In this document: one piece after another, positions 1-10,571 of the stretch
Position numbering within the stretch: position 1 is the stretch's first letter
Layout of the letters: each line of letters starts with the position of its first letter
Sequence record: PV636258.1
Length of the DNA: 64,000 nt
From: a phage
Direction: 5' to 3' (one strand)
Position numbers and translations under genes: made by a program
The notes under the pieces: generated by a model
Told to the model about the DNA's origin: nothing
What the model saw: only the letters and a program-made list of their open reading frames with translations
The model's database searches: none

Positions 1-622
1 TTTCATCTTCTGGTTGTTGTGCGGCCTTTGCTTGTGCTCTTTCTTCAGCGCGACGACGGGCATCTTCAATCGTCTTCAATAAATCGCGAGAAGATCGCGC
101 CTTTTTCCCAACCGATACTGTTGTTGTTCCGTCTGGTGAAGTTGTAACATCCACTGTCGTGTCATCAACAGGTGGTTCTTTATCACCTGTTACTGCCTTG
201 ATGGTTTTCTGGTTTTCCATCAAGTCTTTATTCAGACCGCGCATGAGTTCACCCAATTCACGGAAAACAGAAAATGCTCGCGGAGCTTCTGTGGATGCAG
301 CCAATTTAGCGGCTTGTCCCATCATGAACATTGTGGCTTCTTGCATGGCATATGTTGTGTCGCGTATCCGTTTGTAATCCGTTGTAGCATCAGTGTCCGC
401 AAACTCAGGCACTTTGGATTCCTTGGAAGCAATATCCTCCAATGAAGGCGGTTCAGGAATCGGCTGATACCCTTCCGGACGTTCACCAAACCATTCACCT
501 GTATTTTCATCGAAGTCAATACCTGGACGAGGGGCGACAGCCTCCATCGCCTCCTTCCCGACTTCGTCTCTGGCGGTCACTGCATCAAGCGTGGCGAGTA
601 ACCTTTCTGACATATTGCTCAT
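1..622 (-). CDS. Hypothetical protein, N-terminal part only (gene runs off the window start)
   Basis: ATG on minus strand at 620-622 immediately after the stop of the upstream gene; frame open to position 1 when translated by hand (MSNMSERLLATLDAV...). Not in the ORF track because it is truncated by the window edge. Confidence 0.5.
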   Translation of the reverse strand, partial: MSNMSERLLATLDAVTARDEVGKEAMEAVAPRPGIDFDENTGEWFGERPEGYQPIPEPPSLEDIASKESKVPEFADTDATTDYKRIRDTTYAMQEATMFMMGQAAKLAASTEAPRAFSVFRELGELMRGLNKDLMENQKTIKAVTGDKEPPVDDTTVDVTTSPDGTTTVSVGKKARSSRDLLKTIEDARRRAEERAQAKAAQQPEDE

Positions 623-624
623 GA

Positions 625-1323
625 TCAATCCTCCGGATGATGTATGCCGTCTTTATCAACTCGGAACCACTCAGGAAGTTCCGACCATGGCATGTTCAAA
701 TCATTAGACATTTCAATAATTATCTCTTTGATGACGTTTGGATCCCCACCGCCCGAACCATCATCAACCCAATAATCTTCTCCATAGATGTGACCATGTA
801 ATTGAAAATTGAATGAACAATCTATGTGTGGTGATTCTGTTGCGTCCCCTTCCCAGTTGTCAGAAATCGTGTGATTTACCAACATTATCTTCACGTTCTG
901 ATCTTGAGATAAAGTATCGTTGTCCTTTATCTGACAGTCAACAGAAGGAGTGAACACAGAATAAATTTGTTCTAATACTTGCAACATTTCGACCAATTTT
1001 TTAGTTCTGATATTGTATTCAAAATCTATAATGATCGGAATGCGTTGTTTGGACCGTGCCGTAACGGTCGATATTTGGTTGTGGTATGACTTCGTCACCT
1101 GTTTATTGATTTCGAACTGACCAAAGGACATTGTTGCAAATGGCAGCATATTGGCTGGCACGTTCCTGTTGAGGTCATTACGGCGGCCAATGGCCATATG
1201 CAGCGGGATTTCCATCAAGCCACGTTCGGTTTTGACTTTTAAATCTGACATGATAGCGTTGAACACATGTATGTATTTCAACAATGATTCATGATAGAAA
1301 TATTTTTCAAATGGTCTGGCCAT
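625..1323 (-). CDS. Hypothetical protein in structural module
   Basis: 232-aa ORF, tightly packed with neighbouring minus-strand genes; no recognisable motif. Confidence 0.6.
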   Translation of the reverse strand: MARPFEKYFYHESLLKYIHVFNAIMSDLKVKTERGLMEIPLHMAIGRRNDLNRNVPANMLPFATMSFGQFEINKQVTKSYHNQISTVTARSKQRIPIIIDFEYNIRTKKLVEMLQVLEQIYSVFTPSVDCQIKDNDTLSQDQNVKIMLVNHTISDNWEGDATESPHIDCSFNFQLHGHIYGEDYWVDDGSGGGDPNVIKEIIIEMSNDLNMPWSELPEWFRVDKDGIHHPED

Positions 1324-1325
1324 GA

Positions 1326-1967
1326 TTATTCCCCGAAGTCTATCTTCATTTTATTGGGCGAAAGATCTTTCTCTATTTCGTCCGCAAATTGGTTATCCGT
1401 TTGCAGGCTGGCGTCTTTGTACACACCGTCTCCTTCCAGATCCTGCAATCGTTTATCGATATCGTCTATTTCAGATACACCTGTATCGAAATCTTCGTTA
1501 CCGTATTGGAACAACGTACATGGTAGGGAATATGTGTACCATTTCCCAAATTGCATGAATTCTTCATCATTGTTCGGGTTATTCACTTTAAATATTTTGT
1601 TAGCCATAGGCAGATATATCAAATCACCTTCTTGAGGCATTTGTTCAAGGCCTGGACCATTACCAATAACTTCTGAAAAACGACGACGAGCAATAGTGAA
1701 GGTCACTTCATCTTGTAATTGGATACCGCCGAACTTTTCCCACATCTGTGTGTTGAAGCCTTGATAATCCTGCATGTACACTTCGATGTCAAACGCTTGG
1801 TCGAATTTGTGTTCAGCCTCGTTTAAAATTGGGTATTTTTCAACAATAGAACGTGGAATATACTTGACATCAATCCCACGCAATTGTATCATCTCGACCA
1901 CCAAGTCATCAATTAATTTTTGAGTACCTTGGTGTGCTGTATAGTTGAAATATTTTGAAGTAGCCAT
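1326..1967 (-). CDS. Hypothetical protein in structural module
   Basis: 213-aa ORF, 3-nt gap to downstream gene; no recognisable motif. Confidence 0.6.
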   Translation of the reverse strand: MATSKYFNYTAHQGTQKLIDDLVVEMIQLRGIDVKYIPRSIVEKYPILNEAEHKFDQAFDIEVYMQDYQGFNTQMWEKFGGIQLQDEVTFTIARRRFSEVIGNGPGLEQMPQEGDLIYLPMANKIFKVNNPNNDEEFMQFGKWYTYSLPCTLFQYGNEDFDTGVSEIDDIDKRLQDLEGDGVYKDASLQTDNQFADEIEKDLSPNKMKIDFGE

Positions 1968-2028
1968 GACTTTACCCTCAATTTTGAAGGTATTTAGTCA
2001 ATCATTAATTCTTTTGAGGAATTGATAA

Positions 2029-2241
2029 ATGAATGTTGAAGATATTAAAGAAACTCGTGACGGAAGGCGTGTGAGAATTATCTGTGTAGATGCTAAAATC
2101 GCCGATGGTTCATATAACATTGTGGGTCTTATCAAAGACGAAAAGGGTAATGATTTTATTGAATGGTGGGACGAAAAGAACGTGGTTGATGATTATATTC
2201 TAGCAAATTCAGATCCTTCCGGACGCGACATCAAGTTATAA
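2029..2241 (+). CDS. Small hypothetical protein (70 aa)
   Basis: ATG with GAGGAA Shine-Dalgarno upstream; followed directly by a terminator hairpin at 2247-2272. Confidence 0.45.
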   Translation: MNVEDIKETRDGRRVRIICVDAKIADGSYNIVGLIKDEKGNDFIEWWDEKNVVDDYILANSDPSGRDIKL

Positions 2242-2246
2242 AAAGA

Positions 2247-2272
2247 AAGGCGGGATAACCCGCCTTCTCTTA
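2247..2272. terminator. Bidirectional intrinsic terminator
   Basis: GGCGGG-ATAA-CCCGCC hairpin with A-run upstream and T-rich run downstream, between convergent genes. Confidence 0.6.
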
Positions 2273-3022
2273 TCCCATCATAAAATCGATAGGGTATTGC
2301 TGACCAGTACGCAATTCTTCCTCCAACCGCTCTATCTCGGTCTCAGCCTCACTGAACATACTATCACCATCCAGTTCGATACCACCAGGGAGACGGATGC
2401 CTCTTGCCTTCTTAAGCACCTCTGCCCAACGGCGCTTGACCAATGCAGTCGCATACGCTTTCAACCACATATCATTCCATGCTTCAGCGTTTTCTTCCGA
2501 TTCGGGGTCGATATTTTGATAACAACGAAAAGCCAGAGTTTCATCAACAATGGCAGCAAACTGCGGGTAAAGGCGTCGCTGGAACTTCTTGTACACAAAA
2601 TTACGGCGAACATTTAAGACGCTTGTGATATCCGACAGACGTTGTTGCATGGAAACATAATCAATGAGACGAATAGAAACCAGCGCTGCTTTGGGGACAA
2701 GCATTGCTTGAGCCATTTGCCATTGAGGAGTTGCCCAGTTTCCGATTGACTCAATAGGAGGTCCAGGGATAACTTCAATCACATCGTCAATATCATCGGG
2801 GAATTCTATATATCCCTTGTCGATATCTTCTTGTTTAACTTGGTACAGGAAGAACGCATCTTGGCTACCATCACGATGATATTCCCAAAATTTCTGCAGA
2901 GCATCATCGACTGCATCTTCGACTTGTGAACTGTCAAGGTTAATTTGGATCACGGGAGCGCCCAATTTACGCAAGACATAATTCATAAAAGATTTTTTGT
3001 CTCGAATCTTATTGACGGCCAT
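2270..3022 (-). CDS. Hypothetical protein in structural module
   Basis: ORF 2270-3079; start moved to internal ATG at 3022 (MAVNKIRDKK) which has AAGGGG SD 8 nt upstream and avoids a long overlap with the upstream gene. Confidence 0.55.
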   Translation of the reverse strand: MAVNKIRDKKSFMNYVLRKLGAPVIQINLDSSQVEDAVDDALQKFWEYHRDGSQDAFFLYQVKQEDIDKGYIEFPDDIDDVIEVIPGPPIESIGNWATPQWQMAQAMLVPKAALVSIRLIDYVSMQQRLSDITSVLNVRRNFVYKKFQRRLYPQFAAIVDETLAFRCYQNIDPESEENAEAWNDMWLKAYATALVKRRWAEVLKKARGIRLPGGIELDGDSMFSEAETEIERLEEELRTGQQYPIDFMMG

Positions 3023-3350
3023 TGTTATTCCCCTTTTGCTGCAAATCAGATACAGTAATCCGCAGTGTGCGAACATCATCTGAAAGACTGCTGCTATTGA
3101 GTTTTAACTCAGCCATGTTTTGTTTGACATATGCGAGGTCAGTATTCATGATCGCCATACGTTCACTCATGTCATTCACTTTCTGAAGAACTTGATCCAT
3201 CTTGTTGGAATCTCGTTCCAATACATTCACGCGCGTTTCCATCCCGCCCATGAACCAAAGGAACGATGCTGCCGAGACCAATGCAGAAGCCACGACAGCG
3301 GTTAAGATACCACGGATGTCAAGCCCCGTTCTTTCAGCTTGCGTCGCCAT
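3009..3350 (-). CDS. Membrane-anchored coiled-coil protein
   Basis: 113 aa; hydrophobic N-terminal segment (ILTAVVASALVSAASFLWF) followed by heptad-like, charged C-terminal region. Confidence 0.5.
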   Translation of the reverse strand: MATQAERTGLDIRGILTAVVASALVSAASFLWFMGGMETRVNVLERDSNKMDQVLQKVNDMSERMAIMNTDLAYVKQNMAELKLNSSSLSDDVRTLRITVSDLQQKGNNNGRQ

Positions 3351-3621
3351 TCTGACCTCCTTCGGGGATTTCGATCCCCAATTTTTCGGCCATCATTTTG
3401 ATTGTCGCCTCCAGATTAGATATCTGGTTTGATTGTTCAACAATGGTGGCTTCACGGGTTTCATTGCGTTGACGGGCTTGCAATGCAGCCATGCCAGCGG
3501 CGTGATCGGTGCAAATAATCGCGCCAGGGCAAGAACTGCTTCTCAACATGGATGCGTGCCCCTGTACTTTCACTCCACGCATATCTTTATCCTCTATTGG
3601 TTTGGTGGGCTTTACGCCCAC
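3334..3621 (-). CDS. Hypothetical small protein
   Basis: 95-aa ORF overlapping the next gene by 17 nt; start uncertain. Confidence 0.4.
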   Translation of the reverse strand: MGVKPTKPIEDKDMRGVKVQGHASMLRSSSCPGAIICTDHAAGMAALQARQRNETREATIVEQSNQISNLEATIKMMAEKLGIEIPEGGQNGDAS

Positions 3622-3634
3622 CTTTCAACATTAT

Positions 3635-6600
3635 TTATGCCAGAGCAATAAGACGGAAGTCTTTGAATGATGGAGGAGCAACTCGGTTCCCCCGTACAAG
3701 CGCTCGGACTTTCAGGCCAACAAACGGATTGTTGCTCGCCACAGTCTTGTCATACTCATATTCAAAGAATGTGGAACCGTCGTTAACCAGAGGCGAAGTT
3801 GGGGTGACGTCTTCCCAAGCCACACTATCCATCTCTTGCCCTGCTCGTAGAAGTTTCACCTGCACTTTCATCGAAGACTGAGAAGGCAGCATCGCCCCGA
3901 AGAACAGTTTCACAGTCGAACATGGGTTATCGAAACCAATGTCCTTTGTGACATATTTGAAAACGTCTTCAAAAGGATCTACACCATAAGAGTTGAAGAT
4001 CACGCTCAGGTCATCACCATCAATCATCGGTGCTGTGTACACGTTGTTTTCACTACGAGTCATAGTAGCACGAATCTGGAAGTCACCAACCTGACGATAG
4101 ATACCTTCAGTCGGTAACGCCACGTCAGTGTCAGTTTCAAACTCAGCCCAATCAGACATAGAATTTGAAGTGGCATCGCGATAACGGTATTCCAATTTCA
4201 GAATTGAACCTTCCAGAGCCGAATTGGTAACGCTGGCATAGAACATATCAACCAGATAATTGCCCAAGAAAGAAGCATTATCCCCACCGATTTGTCCATT
4301 GCTGTCTGCTGCCGTACCGACGTCAATCTTGAATGAAGTATAGCTCGCATCTGTCACAGTAAACGTTTTGTTAAGTTGTTCAGGAGTAAAGCCACAACCG
4401 CCTGTCAATTCAGAAAGAGTGACATTGTTCCCAGCAACCAAACCATGACCAGGTGCAAACACAGTCACAACAGAAGACCCGCTTACGCAGTTCAGAGTGT
4501 TCAATCCCAACGGACGTTGTTTTGGCCCGAGCTTCGGATCAAATGTTACAACGTTCTGTCCCGCAGCGAAGTTACAACGATATATGCGGAATTTCATATC
4601 GGCCATTTGGTTCGGAGACCAAGTTGAACCGTTTGAAGAAGTGAAGAACACCCCTGTATACGGTTGTTTGGCGATATATTCGTTGGACAGAAGGTTTTTC
4701 TTGCCCATTTCCGCGATATACGCGTTGTAATCCTGAGTATTCGCCAACAAAACGATAGCAAACTCAGTAGATGCTTGCAGATACACCGGATAATCAAAGG
4801 TGAACTTCGTACCGCCGGAAGAGTCTGTAGAGATCGTCACTTCAGATGGGTTCAAAGTCTTACGAGTAATGACTGTGTGAGAAGGTAAGCCGTTCTCCAT
4901 CTCGCGAATTTCCAGAGTGATCGGAACATCACGTGACTTGGTAGAGAAGAATACTTCCACGCCTTCGATATACTCGCCGCCATTCTTAGTCGCCACCATA
5001 AACGATTGGGCAATCGGATCACGCCATTGGTCGACCACAACTTCAGAAGTGCTGGTTTCGGTGCGAGTACTGGCAGTGTAACCCAGGACACGAGTGTTGA
5101 CAAAGGTCTTTTGAATACCTTGTTTCTTACCGAAAGATTTATGAACAATTTCTGCATTGGTCAGTGTATCATCCGCAGATTTACTGTCAACAGGGCTATC
5201 CGTTAAGCGGAACACGTTGTCGCCTGTGTTGAACTTGATTGTATCGTTCTGTGGAACGCGGAATACACCCTTAACAGCACCATTGGCATCAGTGGTGATT
5301 GGGTCTCCGAAATTACCGCCATTCGGTTTGCAATACAGATTGACGTCACGACCAGAGAAGAACGCATACATACGAGTGAAAGGTCGCAGTCCAGATGCGT
5401 CGAAAGAAATATCGATCTCGCGCATGTATGGGATAACTTGCGTCTCCACAATCTGTTCACCAGTCATGGTCGTGGTTGTTTTGTCCGTGTATGTATATGT
5501 GGTGACATCACGGGCAGAAACAGTCGTGCGGTAACGATATCCCCACCACACACCACCAGCACCATGCGGTTCCCAAACACGATCAGAAACAGAAACAGTA
5601 CGCCATGTTCCGTACACTGAACCTTCTTGTACAGTACCACGGGTGTTGATCGTTTCATTGATAATACGCGGCGCAACATAATAGTTTTCGAACCAGTAGT
5701 CTGTGGTCGGGTTAATCTTCAAGAAACCTTCCCAATTGAATACTGCATACGGGTTAACGTTGATCGTCGTCGTCGCATATTCTTGGTTCACCGAGATTTC
5801 AGGCGTGTAATTGCAAACCACCATCCCATCCATCACTTTGTTCCAGCCAACCGGAGTCATGTCAACAACGTTTTGTTGTACAAACGGGCGCAGACGTCCG
5901 TTTTCGGTATCGATAGAACCCATCCAATCTTCAGACAAGTCATCAATCAACCGGAAGTCTTTGAACGGATCAGCTGCAATACCATTTTTGAAACGGGGAT
6001 TGCCCGTGATGGGGTCGAACACTTGCTGTGTCATCGCTGAAGATTCCAGCTGTGACAGAGAGGTATAGTATTCAACATTGGAAATACGGGTTTCCAGTTT
6101 ACCGATATCGCGCATCGTATAACGACGATTATCAATAGTTCGAATTTGGATATCATCAATATTCGGTGTATACGGCGGGATCAACAATTCATACAAACGC
6201 ATGGCGTTCGCTGGGATTGCTGGAGAAGCCAGGTTGTTAGAACTAATGCCTCGAGCCACACCAAACACACCGTTGTCTGCCAGATAAATCGCGTCAATAC
6301 GCGGCAGATAATATTCTGTGTCCAGAATAACTGCAGTGTTTGGACGAACCATATCTGTGTCAGAAGTTCCGTTGGTGATTTTCGGACGGAAATCCAAACT
6401 ATCTGCCAGGCCGTACACCGCGCCTGATGTAGAAGATGTATAATTCGGGATATCTTTATAATCCATCGAAGTATACGAATCAGCAGAGAAGAAATCACCG
6501 GAACTGTGGGCGAAGTATTGATACACCACTGTATACGTCCCTGAGATTGCTCCAGCGCTGGATAACAAGTTAGACTTGTAATACCCTGCATCACGCTGTC

Positions 6601-8473
6601 CGCCATCTAGGACGAAGCTGGAGGTCACGTCTGCGCCAGTATCGTTTTTGACCGACACCAATTTCCAACCATCGTGATTCGCCAAAGGGCGGCTAGTCTG
6701 CGAGGTGAATGTCACTGTTTCAGTTGTTTCAGTGATGGTCTTCGTTTTGATTGTGGCCGTGGTACGAATCATCAGCGCCAGCAAATTGATTGACTGGTTA
6801 GCATTACCACTGCCCAGAGAAATCTGCAGCGCCGAACCGACCGGAGAACCAGTCAAAGACAAAGAACCAGAGATATCGAACTGCGCTTCAGAACCATCAG
6901 ATTTCGCTGCAGAGTATAACGAAAATTCTGGGGAAAAACTATATCCCAATGGAGCAGAAATAGAACCCGCGCCGCTGTTGTCCAACGTCACTTTATACGT
7001 TCTCAGAACAGTGTAGTTGATATCCACGGAGCCAGTTGGTGCTAAAGTCTTGACACCGAATACCGGAAGAGAGAAGATCAGATCTATCATAGAACTCTGG
7101 TTAAACTGATTGGATTCCAGTTCAGCAGAGAACATGGTGATACCGCTTTCTTCGTAAGACACTTTGGTGATAGTGGATGCATCGCCAGTAACGACCAGGT
7201 CGCGCATGTACAGGCGGAATTCAGTTGAACTGCGTTCGGCGGATATACACAACGCCGTGGCTTGAGCAACACCGGATGCGTTCAGTAATTTGTATCGAAC
7301 GGTGCGGGATATCACTGGCACACCTTTAGAATTCTTAGTGACCAGATAATTGCCTGTGGCCACCGCAACAGGGGTGTTGTTCAGGACATCGGTATCCCGC
7401 GCCTTATCAACGATGACCAACTCTTCCCCGACGTTTTCGATACGTCGACCGCGAACATAGGATATGCCTGGTTTCATCACAGAAACAAATTTGCTCTCGT
7501 CACCGCCATCAGCGGCATTGAATACCCCGCCATTGTTATTGACTTTCAGGTGTTCACGAATATCGATCTGATGGGTTGAAACGTTGTAATCGCCATTGGT
7601 TTCATAAGTCCGTTGGGCTAACGTGTCTTCCAGAATATTATAGGTGGACTGAGTCACCATAGACTGGATTTTACCATCACGAACTTTGGCCAGTTCAACA
7701 AAGTCTTCAACCACAGCATCATAATCAAATCGAGATAAGACCAGATCTATTCGAAGACGATGAGCGCCTGGGGCTTTGGAGTTAATCGTTCCCTGAGCAT
7801 TTGAATAAAGGGATTCATCTTCTGTTTCGGTGACAATAGTTTCGGTGACTTTAAATCCGATGCGGTGGGAAGTGATGTTAGAAGTTTTATCAACGATAAG
7901 AGTTGCGTCATCAACGTCTAGGAACATCCCACGAATGAAGTAAACGCCTTTCGTCATACGAGCGACGATAGAACCAGTCACCGCAGCTGCGATACCATAA
8001 CCAATACGAATGAAATTATCATTCACATCGTAAGTCTGGAAATACAGATTATCGTTAACATGGAATCCGTCAGCATTACCCGCTTCAGTCATCTCAAGGA
8101 TAGCCAGCATCGTATCAGGAGCAGACAGATCACGTTCAAGAGACAACACACGCGCTTTGGCATTATTGTCCTTCCCCAAAACGTAGAGTTCAGAAATACC
8201 TTCCAGATCAGTGAATTCAGTACCACCAGCCAAAGTGAATTTCAAAGAGACTGCGGCATTGGTAATCGTCAGACCGCCAGGGATAACCATAGAACCATCT
8301 TTGAACAAATGGTTGCCCAGTTTTTCAATTTGATCCTGAAGAATAGTCTGCATCTGGTTCAGTTCGCGAGTCTGAACCTTGATAGGCATCGGACGAAAAA
8401 GAATCCGTGAAAAACGTTTCCCAGGATTCCAGTCATCCCAATACGGGCGACGGTTTAAATTTGTAGATTGCAT
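3635..8473 (-). CDS. Very large virion structural protein (1612 aa), putative baseplate or fibre component
   Basis: Uninterrupted 4.8-kb ORF; ATG with GGAG SD 9 nt upstream; position adjacent to the tailspike genes; Thr/Ser/Gly-rich beta-type sequence. Confidence 0.7.
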   Translation of the reverse strand: MQSTNLNRRPYWDDWNPGKRFSRILFRPMPIKVQTRELNQMQTILQDQIEKLGNHLFKDGSMVIPGGLTITNAAVSLKFTLAGGTEFTDLEGISELYVLGKDNNAKARVLSLERDLSAPDTMLAILEMTEAGNADGFHVNDNLYFQTYDVNDNFIRIGYGIAAAVTGSIVARMTKGVYFIRGMFLDVDDATLIVDKTSNITSHRIGFKVTETIVTETEDESLYSNAQGTINSKAPGAHRLRIDLVLSRFDYDAVVEDFVELAKVRDGKIQSMVTQSTYNILEDTLAQRTYETNGDYNVSTHQIDIREHLKVNNNGGVFNAADGGDESKFVSVMKPGISYVRGRRIENVGEELVIVDKARDTDVLNNTPVAVATGNYLVTKNSKGVPVISRTVRYKLLNASGVAQATALCISAERSSTEFRLYMRDLVVTGDASTITKVSYEESGITMFSAELESNQFNQSSMIDLIFSLPVFGVKTLAPTGSVDINYTVLRTYKVTLDNSGAGSISAPLGYSFSPEFSLYSAAKSDGSEAQFDISGSLSLTGSPVGSALQISLGSGNANQSINLLALMIRTTATIKTKTITETTETVTFTSQTSRPLANHDGWKLVSVKNDTGADVTSSFVLDGGQRDAGYYKSNLLSSAGAISGTYTVVYQYFAHSSGDFFSADSYTSMDYKDIPNYTSSTSGAVYGLADSLDFRPKITNGTSDTDMVRPNTAVILDTEYYLPRIDAIYLADNGVFGVARGISSNNLASPAIPANAMRLYELLIPPYTPNIDDIQIRTIDNRRYTMRDIGKLETRISNVEYYTSLSQLESSAMTQQVFDPITGNPRFKNGIAADPFKDFRLIDDLSEDWMGSIDTENGRLRPFVQQNVVDMTPVGWNKVMDGMVVCNYTPEISVNQEYATTTINVNPYAVFNWEGFLKINPTTDYWFENYYVAPRIINETINTRGTVQEGSVYGTWRTVSVSDRVWEPHGAGGVWWGYRYRTTVSARDVTTYTYTDKTTTTMTGEQIVETQVIPYMREIDISFDASGLRPFTRMYAFFSGRDVNLYCKPNGGNFGDPITTDANGAVKGVFRVPQNDTIKFNTGDNVFRLTDSPVDSKSADDTLTNAEIVHKSFGKKQGIQKTFVNTRVLGYTASTRTETSTSEVVVDQWRDPIAQSFMVATKNGGEYIEGVEVFFSTKSRDVPITLEIREMENGLPSHTVITRKTLNPSEVTISTDSSGGTKFTFDYPVYLQASTEFAIVLLANTQDYNAYIAEMGKKNLLSNEYIAKQPYTGVFFTSSNGSTWSPNQMADMKFRIYRCNFAAGQNVVTFDPKLGPKQRPLGLNTLNCVSGSSVVTVFAPGHGLVAGNNVTLSELTGGCGFTPEQLNKTFTVTDASYTSFKIDVGTAADSNGQIGGDNASFLGNYLVDMFYASVTNSALEGSILKLEYRYRDATSNSMSDWAEFETDTDVALPTEGIYRQVGDFQIRATMTRSENNVYTAPMIDGDDLSVIFNSYGVDPFEDVFKYVTKDIGFDNPCSTVKLFFGAMLPSQSSMKVQVKLLRAGQEMDSVAWEDVTPTSPLVNDGSTFFEYEYDKTVASNNPFVGLKVRALVRGNRVAPPSFKDFRLIALA

Positions 8474-8545
8474 TTTGATGCTCCATCGAGTGCCATTTAT
8501 AGAGATATTTAGTATACAGCCAACAAACAGGATAGAAATAAAACC

Positions 8546-8566
8546 CCCCGCCGAAGCGGGGTTTTT
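8546..8566. terminator. Intrinsic terminator after tailspike gene (hairpin CCCCGC-CGAA-GCGGGG)
   Basis: GC hairpin flanked by A-run and T-run; same hairpin recurs at 12830-12845 and 15067-15082. Confidence 0.6.
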
Positions 8567-8579
8567 ATTCTTAATGATT

Positions 8580-10511
8580 TTATAATATCATCAAATCCTC
8601 AACCCATGTTCCTGGGCTACCTCCAATCTGACATACCCAACCCTTCAGCAGACAATCAGCCAGCTTTCCAAGCGCGGTAATGTTACGCGATACCACTGTT
8701 GGATTTTTTTTAGCGATATAAGAGCCTGTTGACCAGGTTATATTCCCGTAGTATGCAGGCTCTGTTTGCGGGTTGACATCGCCAACACCCACGTCGCGAC
8801 CAAGTGCAGAAATAGTTCGTTCTATTTCGCCATATTGTAAACTATAGCGTACATGGGTTGGCCCGTTCGCTGCATTAAGAAATACTTTCCCGGCCCCGCA
8901 CATACCAGACAGTGATATCAGTTGCTGATTGCCTGGATAGACGCTGTAAAGGTTGCCATCCGTGAAATTCGCTTGCACCAGGGATGTCCCGTTTTGTGTG
9001 ATCGCGGGTAGGTTATAAGCAAAGTACGACGCCGACGCTTTTTGATCTGCAGTCAGATACGCGGTATTGCCTGTCACGACGAGCGAATTTGATTTATCAC
9101 CCGATGCACCTATATCCAGGTACTGGCCCGTCATAAGCTCAAGTGTATTGTCTGCAAAAGTAAATCCTGACACGCCACCGATTATTACTACACCGTTTTG
9201 AGAACCCTCAATGCAGCATTCAGTGACTGACGAATATGTTACGCATTGCCCAGTAGCTGTTGCTCGTGCGAAATCCCAACCGCGTTCAAACACAACCTTT
9301 GACAATCTGACATCAAACCACTGCCCCGCATCAAGCGCATAGCCTTGAGGAGAGCGGATTATCTTTGTGCCAGTAAGGTATAAAGTTTGCAACCAATTGT
9401 TTGATTTAGCTACTAACAGTCCATTTACAGTGCCCCCATTGAACAGAACACGAATCAACTTCTGACCGTTAATAATGTATGTAACTTTTGATGTATCCTT
9501 CTGCGAAAAGTTAGTGCCTACAAACTCAATATTACCAGAAGCATTATCGGCTTCAGTTGATGAGAATACATATTGTTGACCATTTGCTACTATCTCACCA
9601 CCGATAAATGACACAAATTTTTCAGGTACAGAAGTATCAAGGTTGTTTACATTTACTGTTCCATCAATGCGGATAGTGCCATTGATGTAAACTGGTGGTC
9701 GTATTTTACCTGACACCATCCCATCGACACATCTTTGCATAGCTTCTGTATTGTCGAAGTCTCCGTATCTACCACCTGACAAATAAGCAAAATCGTTATG
9801 TGGATTTATACGCTTCCACCTTTTCCCATTGGTGGTCACAATCACCAATGTACCGTCATCCGCAGATGTTGTGTCGTTAGGGTCATAATAAAAAGCACCA
9901 GCACCAGATTTACCAGCATCACTATCATTATAGCGATTAACCATTATCTGCTGGTTTGGTGTCGATGGCTCAATCGACCTAAGCCCTTCTACGCTTGAGT
10001 ACCCTATGTATTTGAAGCCGTCTTCTTTTGAAAGTTCACTACGTAGAGAAACATCTCCAACACTAACCCACGCACCTAAACCAACACCACCCGTTGTTGC
10101 TGGGGTTGAACCAGGAGCAACGGTTTTAGGGAATGCACCATTCCAACGATATAGACTCACCCCATCGCTCACGACTTCGTTCTTGACACGAATCGTAAAT
10201 CCAGAAGTAAAATTTTCAACAAGAGTAACATACTCTTCCCTTAACACAGCCAATGCACCCAAATCTACGGTGCCTCCAGAGTGCGTGAGGATGCCGTCGA
10301 CCAAACTGGTGACCGTTACAGCACCAATGTTAGAAGGGAGAGCGTAGGCACGTTGAGACAACTTATCGTAGATCACTTTATAACCAGACAATGACTGTCC
10401 CGCTTTGGCATAAACGACTTCCGACTTTTTACACCCAAATTTACGGGCAATACTATCTTTGTTCGATTCTTTTGAAGTAGAACCTTTTGGTTGAGCAAAT
10501 TGCGGATTCAT
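8580..10511 (-). CDS. Tailspike-like protein (643 aa), beta-helix receptor-binding type
   Basis: N-terminal about 130 aa (ARKFGCKKSEVVYAKAGQSLSGYKVIYDK...GGVGLGAWVSVGD) shared with ORFs 12859-14985 and 15089-18592; C-terminal Gly/Asn/Thr-rich repeats typical of right-handed beta-helix. Confidence 0.65.
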   Translation of the reverse strand: MNPQFAQPKGSTSKESNKDSIARKFGCKKSEVVYAKAGQSLSGYKVIYDKLSQRAYALPSNIGAVTVTSLVDGILTHSGGTVDLGALAVLREEYVTLVENFTSGFTIRVKNEVVSDGVSLYRWNGAFPKTVAPGSTPATTGGVGLGAWVSVGDVSLRSELSKEDGFKYIGYSSVEGLRSIEPSTPNQQIMVNRYNDSDAGKSGAGAFYYDPNDTTSADDGTLVIVTTNGKRWKRINPHNDFAYLSGGRYGDFDNTEAMQRCVDGMVSGKIRPPVYINGTIRIDGTVNVNNLDTSVPEKFVSFIGGEIVANGQQYVFSSTEADNASGNIEFVGTNFSQKDTSKVTYIINGQKLIRVLFNGGTVNGLLVAKSNNWLQTLYLTGTKIIRSPQGYALDAGQWFDVRLSKVVFERGWDFARATATGQCVTYSSVTECCIEGSQNGVVIIGGVSGFTFADNTLELMTGQYLDIGASGDKSNSLVVTGNTAYLTADQKASASYFAYNLPAITQNGTSLVQANFTDGNLYSVYPGNQQLISLSGMCGAGKVFLNAANGPTHVRYSLQYGEIERTISALGRDVGVGDVNPQTEPAYYGNITWSTGSYIAKKNPTVVSRNITALGKLADCLLKGWVCQIGGSPGTWVEDLMIL

Positions 10512-10571
10512 AATGAGAATCTCCTGTTTTTCTAATAAACCCTCTCCTGAGAGAGGGAGAGGGGTAAATTA